From Candidatus Nitronauta litoralis (GTDB lineage Bacteria > Nitrospinota > Nitrospinia > Nitrospinales > Nitrospinaceae), in contig CP048685.1 of assembly GCA_015698285.1 (NCBI GenBank), positions 3,472,060 to 3,536,059 on the forward strand: a DNA stretch of 64,000 nucleotides, in the 5' to 3' direction. Shown one piece after another: positions 58,653-64,000 of the stretch. The position numbers and the translations under genes are program-made. Position 1 is the first letter of the stretch, and each line of letters begins with the position of its first letter. The notes under the pieces were generated by a model that saw only the letters and a list, made by a program, of their open reading frames with translations, searched no databases and had not been told where the DNA came from.

Positions 58653-59517
58653 CGGTTGGATCCTCCTGAATACGTTGTTCAAGTCGCTTCATCAAATGGC
58701 GAATACGGGGTGGTGGATTTCTTTTCATGGCATTTTCAAGGATGAAAAGGGCCCGGCTTCTCTGTTTATTGCGATAATGGGTGAGAGCCAACAAGAGGCT
58801 GGCCTCCTGCCACTTATCTCCTTTGGGTACCTCTTTCACCAACGTTTTCAGAGGTTGTGAAGCCTGTTTCCATTTCCGCAGTTTATAAAAGGAAGCTCCA
58901 ACACCAAACAGGATATTATCACGCAGGTGTGCCGGATAACGTGACTTTAGCACTCTCAGAAACTGGGCCGCAGCACCCCGATACTTTTTGTCCCGAAACA
59001 AAATGTATGCTGTCCGGTATTGCCCCTCTTTAAACTTTTTGGAATCTCGTGCCCTGATAATTGCCTGGAGTTCATTTTCAAGTTTGCCTATCGAGCCTTT
59101 CAGGTTTGCCACTTTCTCACCTGATGCTTTATTTAATTTTTCCAGTTCGGCAATTCTAGCCAGCATGGAACGGTCCAGTTCCGCCAGTTTTTGATCCCAG
59201 GCGGCACGCCCTCCGTCAAGATTTCTTGCAGCAAGCTCCAGCTCATTGAATCCGAAAACCAGCTTCTCGATTTCAGCCGTTAGCAAGTCCATCTCACGTT
59301 GACGAAGCCTGCGAGCTTCCAGCTCTCTTTCGGATGGGGGTTCCCATTGATACATCTCTTCCGGATCGATACTTTCTGGAATCACAAAACCAGCCTCATC
59401 CACGTTTCCGGCAAACCCCACATCGTCATAATCATCCTGCCAGGACTTGACACACCCAGTCAGGCATATTAATAGAATGATAGAGGTTAAAGCCCATACA
59501 GGCCGGTTTGGTCTCAT
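58639..59517 (-). CDS. YbgF/CpoB-like coiled-coil + TPR lipoprotein
   Basis: ATG 59517 (AAGGA SD) gives MRPNRPVWALTSIILLICLTGC (lipobox). It has a central coiled coil and a C-terminal YbgF-type TPR (Y..A..LF....Y..A...F..V...YP). Confidence 0.6.
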   Translation of the reverse strand: MRPNRPVWALTSIILLICLTGCVKSWQDDYDDVGFAGNVDEAGFVIPESIDPEEMYQWEPPSERELEARRLRQREMDLLTAEIEKLVFGFNELELAARNLDGGRAAWDQKLAELDRSMLARIAELEKLNKASGEKVANLKGSIGKLENELQAIIRARDSKKFKEGQYRTAYILFRDKKYRGAAAQFLRVLKSRYPAHLRDNILFGVGASFYKLRKWKQASQPLKTLVKEVPKGDKWQEASLLLALTHYRNKQRSRALFILENAMKRNPPPRIRHLMKRLEQRIQEDPTVVTN

Positions 59518-59692
59518 TGTTGGGTCCTTAATCGATTCGCTACTTAGTTTAGTCCATAAACGGTTATAATTCAATAATTTATGGATTATGCCCCTTTAAT
59601 CGGTTCTGGCATGACCACCCGGTCTTGCGGGAAACCTGGGAGCGTTTGAATAATAACCGGCTCAAATTTCCAAGGACCTGAGGGCTCTTAAA

Positions 59693-60568
59693 ATGAACGA
59701 TTACTACCAAATACTGGGTATTCCCAAAACCTCTTCCGAGGATGAGATAAAAAAAGCTTATCGGAAGAAAGCCAAGGAATATCACCCCGACCGCAACGAA
59801 AATAACCCCCAGGCCGAGGAAAAATTTAAAAAAATCAGCGAGGCTTATGCCGTCCTCAGTGACAAGGACAAGCGGAAGCAATACGACCAGTTTGGCGATA
59901 CTGACTTTCACAAACGGTATTCCCAGGAGGACATTTTCCGCGGGTTTGATGTCAATGAAATCCTGCGTGGATTTGGTATGGGGGGTTTTGGTGGAGGCGG
60001 TATGGAGGATTTCTTCCGCGGACATGGGTTTGCAGGACAGAATCCTGGCCCCATGAAAGGACAGGACATCCAGAGCCGGCTGGAAATTTCTTTTGAGGAT
60101 GCCGCTCTCGGGGCTGAGAAAAACTTGTCTATGAGACTTCCCGGCGGGCTTGAAGAAGTACAGGTGAAGATCCCGCCTGGGGTAAAGACTGGAAGCAACC
60201 TCAGACTTGTCGGGAAGGGACAGCCCAGCCCAAATGGTGGTCCAAAAGGGGACTTGTATCTAAAATTACAGGTGGGTTCTCATCCTCTTTTCAAAAGGGA
60301 TGGAAAAAATATTCTGATTGATCGGGAAATAAAATTGAGCGAAGCCATGCTTGGAACCAGTCTCGATATCCCGACCCTGTTCGGCACAAAAAGTTTAAAA
60401 GTACCCGCCGGAACCCAAAGCCATTCAAAACTTAGAATGAAAGGGCTCGGTGTTCCCAGCGCCTTGGGCCCAGGTGATCAGATCGTAACCCTGAAAGCTG
60501 TGTATCCCAAAGAGCTGACCGACAAACAGAAAGACCTGGCAACCAGCCTTAAAGAGTCCGGTCTATAG
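59693..60568 (+). CDS. cbpA: J-domain co-chaperone, CbpA-like (no zinc finger)
   Basis: [33 protein letters not shown], a G/F-rich linker and a DnaJ C-terminal domain. It lacks the CxxCxGxG repeats. Confidence 0.85.
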   Translation: MNDYYQILGIPKTSSEDEIKKAYRKKAKEYHPDRNENNPQAEEKFKKISEAYAVLSDKDKRKQYDQFGDTDFHKRYSQEDIFRGFDVNEILRGFGMGGFGGGGMEDFFRGHGFAGQNPGPMKGQDIQSRLEISFEDAALGAEKNLSMRLPGGLEEVQVKIPPGVKTGSNLRLVGKGQPSPNGGPKGDLYLKLQVGSHPLFKRDGKNILIDREIKLSEAMLGTSLDIPTLFGTKSLKVPAGTQSHSKLRMKGLGVPSALGPGDQIVTLKAVYPKELTDKQKDLATSLKESGL

Positions 60569-60602
60569 CATTGATTATTAAGGATTTTTCTAAAGGAAAA
60601 TA

Positions 60603-60899
60603 ATGGCCAAAATAACCTTTGTACCTGACAATATTACCCATGAATGCGAAGATGGAATGCCTCTGATCGACTTTTGTGAGGATATAGATGTATCCCTGAA
60701 GTTCGGCTGTACCGAGGGAACTTGTGGAGTTTGCGAATTGACAGTTCTAGAGGGACGCGAAAACCTGTCACCCCCCAATGAAGAAGAGCGCGATTACCTT
60801 TACGAAGAAGACATCACGGGTGGAATGCGCCTGGGATGCCAGATTAAGGTCAAGCGCGGAAATGTCAGCCTGACATGGAAAGGCCCTAGAGCCAAATAA
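60603..60899 (+). CDS. [2Fe-2S] ferredoxin
   Basis: 98 aa with GCTEGTCGVCE (C-x4-C-x2-C) and a distal LGCQ cysteine. Confidence 0.8.
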   Translation: MAKITFVPDNITHECEDGMPLIDFCEDIDVSLKFGCTEGTCGVCELTVLEGRENLSPPNEEERDYLYEEDITGGMRLGCQIKVKRGNVSLTWKGPRAK

Positions 60900-60900
60900 C

Positions 60901-61512
60901 TTATTTCCATTGCCAGTCATCTGGAGCCTCAGTCTCCGGCACCCAGAGCAACTCCTTTTGGTCCATCCAACGACAAGTCCAACGGGAAAACACAAATAGA
61001 GCATCCGACAACCGGTTAATAAAAGGCACCGGCCACTCTCCAAGGTCATGTTCTCTGGACAAAGTAATAATCCTCCTTTCCGCTCTTCGACATACCGTCC
61101 GGGCTTGATGAAGGTGAGCTCCCACAATCCCCCCTCCCGGCAGGGTAAAACTGGGCAAAGGTTCCAGCTCTTCGTTCATCGCATCAATCACAGCTTCCAG
61201 CCACGTCACGTAACTTTCATTGATGGCAATTTTCTTTTTCTTTTTAGAAAATTCAGGGTCGGTTGCCAGTTGGCTTCCAAGATCGAAAAGCCAGTTCTGC
61301 AATGTCTCAAGAATATTTTCAAATTTATCACGTTGAGCGGTCTGGGGATTTTGCATATTGAAATAACGTACCAACCCAAGGATGCTGTTTAACTCATCCA
61401 CTGTCCCATAAGCTTCGACCCTGGGATGATCCTTTGCAATGCGACCTCCCCCTGCAAGAGAAGTTTCTCCCTTATCACCACCTTTTGTATATACCTTACT
61501 GATTCTGACCAA
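60901..61512 (-). CDS. ATP:cob(I)alamin adenosyltransferase, PduO-type
   Basis: VYTKGGDKGETSL N-terminus, the helical bundle motif CRRAERR, and LNRLSD. Its stop is 1 nt from the ferredoxin stop. Confidence 0.9.
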   Translation of the reverse strand: MVRISKVYTKGGDKGETSLAGGGRIAKDHPRVEAYGTVDELNSILGLVRYFNMQNPQTAQRDKFENILETLQNWLFDLGSQLATDPEFSKKKKKIAINESYVTWLEAVIDAMNEELEPLPSFTLPGGGIVGAHLHQARTVCRRAERRIITLSREHDLGEWPVPFINRLSDALFVFSRWTCRWMDQKELLWVPETEAPDDWQWK

Positions 61513-61570
61513 TGTAACCTCGGTTTTGTATCCCTTAAGTCCCTACAAATAAGGGTTTCGTTAAATTTTC

Positions 61571-61598
61571 TTGACTTGGTTTCGGCCTCTGATAAGAT
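61571..61598 (+). promoter_or_regulatory. sigma70-type promoter upstream of pyrR
   Basis: TTGACT (61571-61576), a 16-nt spacer, then TAAGAT (61593-61598). It would give a ~150-nt leader before pyrR. Confidence 0.4.
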
Positions 61599-61749
61599 CA
61601 GGCCAGCTTTAAACTCTTTAAGATAATCCTGTGAGATTGTCAAGAGAACCTGAAATGACTTTGCTACCCAAGAAAAGCTCACCTCCTCTGACGGGTTTGT
61701 TCCCGGATGGGGATTTTTTTTGCCCAAACCTCTTTGCCTCGCCAGGTGA

Positions 61750-62295
<546 letters not shown>

Positions 62296-63231
62296 ATGCC
62301 CTTCCCTCATAAAGATCTGCTCGGAATCGGCCAATTGTCTAAAGAAGATATACTGACCATTCTGGATGCAACGGATTCCTTTAAGGAAATCTCTACCCGA
62401 CCTATCAAGAAAGTCCCAACACTCAGAGGCCGAACAATCGTCAATTTGTTTTTTGAACCCAGCACCCGGACCCGGACATCTTTTGAAATTGCGGGCAAAC
62501 GCCTGAGTGCCGATGTCATCAATATCTCCGGTTCAACAAGCAGTGTCACAAAAGGAGAAAGCCTTTTGGACACAGCCTACAACCTGGAAGCGATGAATCC
62601 TGATATTCTGGTGGTCCGTCATTCCGCTTCCGGGGTACCGCATATGCTGGCAAGCAAGGTCGACTGTTCTGTAATTAATGCCGGTGACGGGGCTCATGAG
62701 CATCCAACTCAAGCCTTGCTCGACCTGGCCACAATTCGGCAACACAAAGGAGAATTTGATGGGCTCAAGGTGGTTATTGTAGGAGATATCACCCACAGTC
62801 GTGTGGCGCGTTCCAACATTCTTGCGATGAAAACACTCGGTATGGCGGTAACAGTCGTTGGCCCCCCCACACTCATCCCGGTCGAAATGGAATCCCTTGG
62901 AGTTCGAGTATCATACAATCTGCAGGAAGCTATTAGAGATGCTGATGTCATAATGATGTTGCGGATTCAGGAGGAGCGTCACAATCAAACTACCTTCCCA
63001 AGCATCAGGGAATATTCCGTTCTATTTGGGTTAACTGCAGAAAAATTGAAGAGGGCTAAAGAGGATGTTATTATCCTGCACCCCGGCCCGGTGAACCGAG
63101 GCGTTGAAATCTCTCCTGATGTGATCGAAGGCGATCATTCTCTTATCCTGAATCAGGTCAACAATGGCGTTGCTGTCCGCATGACCCTGATGTATCTCCT
63201 TCTCGGAGGATCTGATGAAAATCCAAATTAA
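62296..63231 (+). CDS. pyrB: aspartate carbamoyltransferase catalytic subunit
   Basis: [19 protein letters not shown], and [11 protein letters not shown] (HPxP...) motifs. Confidence 0.95.
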   Translation: MPFPHKDLLGIGQLSKEDILTILDATDSFKEISTRPIKKVPTLRGRTIVNLFFEPSTRTRTSFEIAGKRLSADVINISGSTSSVTKGESLLDTAYNLEAMNPDILVVRHSASGVPHMLASKVDCSVINAGDGAHEHPTQALLDLATIRQHKGEFDGLKVVIVGDITHSRVARSNILAMKTLGMAVTVVGPPTLIPVEMESLGVRVSYNLQEAIRDADVIMMLRIQEERHNQTTFPSIREYSVLFGLTAEKLKRAKEDVIILHPGPVNRGVEISPDVIEGDHSLILNQVNNGVAVRMTLMYLLLGGSDENPN

Positions 63232-63276
63232 TCGGGCATTCCCTCTATCCGGTGACCAAGAAATACGGAGGATTCA

Positions 63277-64000
63277 ATGAAAATCCTAATTAAGGGTGGA
63301 CGGTTGATTGATCCGGCCAATGAAATAGACGGCCCCCACGATCTCCTGATTGAAAAAGGAAAAATCAAACAAATAACCAGTCCTGGTGGAATTTCTGAAT
63401 CACAAAGTGAAGGGGCCAAAATAATCGACGCTACAGGCCTTGTCGTTTCTCCCGGGTTTCTGGATATGCACGTCCATTTTCGGGAGCCTGGTTATGAGTA
63501 TAAGGAAACAATTGAAACGGGTTGCCAGTCTGCTGTGGCAGGAGGGTTCACTGGTGTCGCTGTAATGCCAAATACCAATCCGGTAAACGATAACCGTTCG
63601 GTCACTGAACTCATACTCAGTCAATCCAAGGCCCATGCCGGTGCATCGGTTTATCCAATTCCTGCAATCTCCCGAGGACTGAAAGGCGAACAGTTGACGG
63701 ACATGGCGGAACTTGCTGAAGCAGGAGCTATTGGTTTTTCGGATGATGGCCGCCCGGTAACAAGCAACGAACTCATGCGCCGTGCCCTTGAATACAGCAA
63801 AATGTTCGACCTCCCTATCATTCAACACAGTGAAGTTCTGGACTTGACTGCTGGCGGATGCATGAATGAAGGGCTTATTTCGACTGAGCTGGGTCTCAAA
63901 GGAATGCCTACAGAAGCTGAGGACATCATGGTATATCGTGACATCTCACTTCTCCCAAAAACAGGGGGACGCTTACACGTAGCCCATATTAGCAGCGGTG
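63277..64000 (+). CDS. pyrC: dihydroorotase (3' end off-window)
   Basis: Not in the ORF track because there is no stop in the window. GGAGG SD, then MKILIKGGRLIDP...PGFLDMHVHFREPG...MPNTNP...HVAHISS. Open to the window end. Confidence 0.85.
   Translation, partial: MKILIKGGRLIDPANEIDGPHDLLIEKGKIKQITSPGGISESQSEGAKIIDATGLVVSPGFLDMHVHFREPGYEYKETIETGCQSAVAGGFTGVAVMPNTNPVNDNRSVTELILSQSKAHAGASVYPIPAISRGLKGEQLTDMAELAEAGAIGFSDDGRPVTSNELMRRALEYSKMFDLPIIQHSEVLDLTAGGCMNEGLISTELGLKGMPTEAEDIMVYRDISLLPKTGGRLHVAHISSG

Noticed and set aside
59579-60025. 148-aa minus-strand ORF overlapping the start of the cbpA-like gene
   Set aside because: It is antisense to a J-domain whose identity is unambiguous. Its hydrophobic low-complexity translation is typical of a shadow frame.
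61599-61700. A canonical PyrR-binding loop or cobalamin riboswitch in the pduO/pyrR intergenic region
   Set aside because: I found no ARUCCAGAGAGGYU-like loop and no B12-box (GCCACTG) on either strand. Only weak short stems are present, and these are reported separately as a low-confidence finding.
61389-61727. 112-aa minus-strand ORF spanning the pduO 5' end and the pyrR leader
   Set aside because: It overlaps the well-supported adenosyltransferase N-terminus in another frame and the probable pyrR promoter/leader. There is no SD or family match.

Overview
64-kb chromosomal segment of a diderm (Gram-negative-type) bacterium with moderate GC (not computed). It is tightly packed with about 65 CDS on both strands, mostly housekeeping: hisS, fbp, typA, xerD, the yceD-rpmF-plsX-fabH-fabD-fabG-acpP-fabF-rnc block, glsA, mgtE, a split transketolase, pabB-pabC, bioF/bioC, a cbpA-like J-protein, a PduO-type adenosyltransferase and pyrR-pyrB-pyrC (pyrC runs off the 3' end). 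By eye I found no rRNA, tRNA, CRISPR array, transposase or phage genes, and the only recombinase is a housekeeping-type XerD. There are two envelope export modules: a 5'-truncated HlyD/TolC/ABC-like cluster whose ABC protein has lost every ATPase motif, and a TolC-adaptor-split-MacB efflux operon divergent from a MerR-HTH/receiver fusion regulator. The most unusual locus is the biotin cluster (49.4-55.0 kb). There, bioF, a small esterase and bioC are separated by a soluble histidine kinase with a DUF429 (RNase H-fold) plus GAF N-terminus and by an extra methyltransferase, followed by a Maf/DUF115-like gene. The kinase GAF module is a close paralogue of the GAF module of an HD-GYP protein 18 kb away. 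Other points are a sigma54-type promoter in a long AT-rich spacer, a MauE/DoxX-like pseudogene with an odd 8-nt tandem duplication, a FabI-like reductase outside the fab cluster, and several convergent gene pairs with 0-5 nt between stops. All family assignments rest on motifs recognised by eye, and no database search was run.
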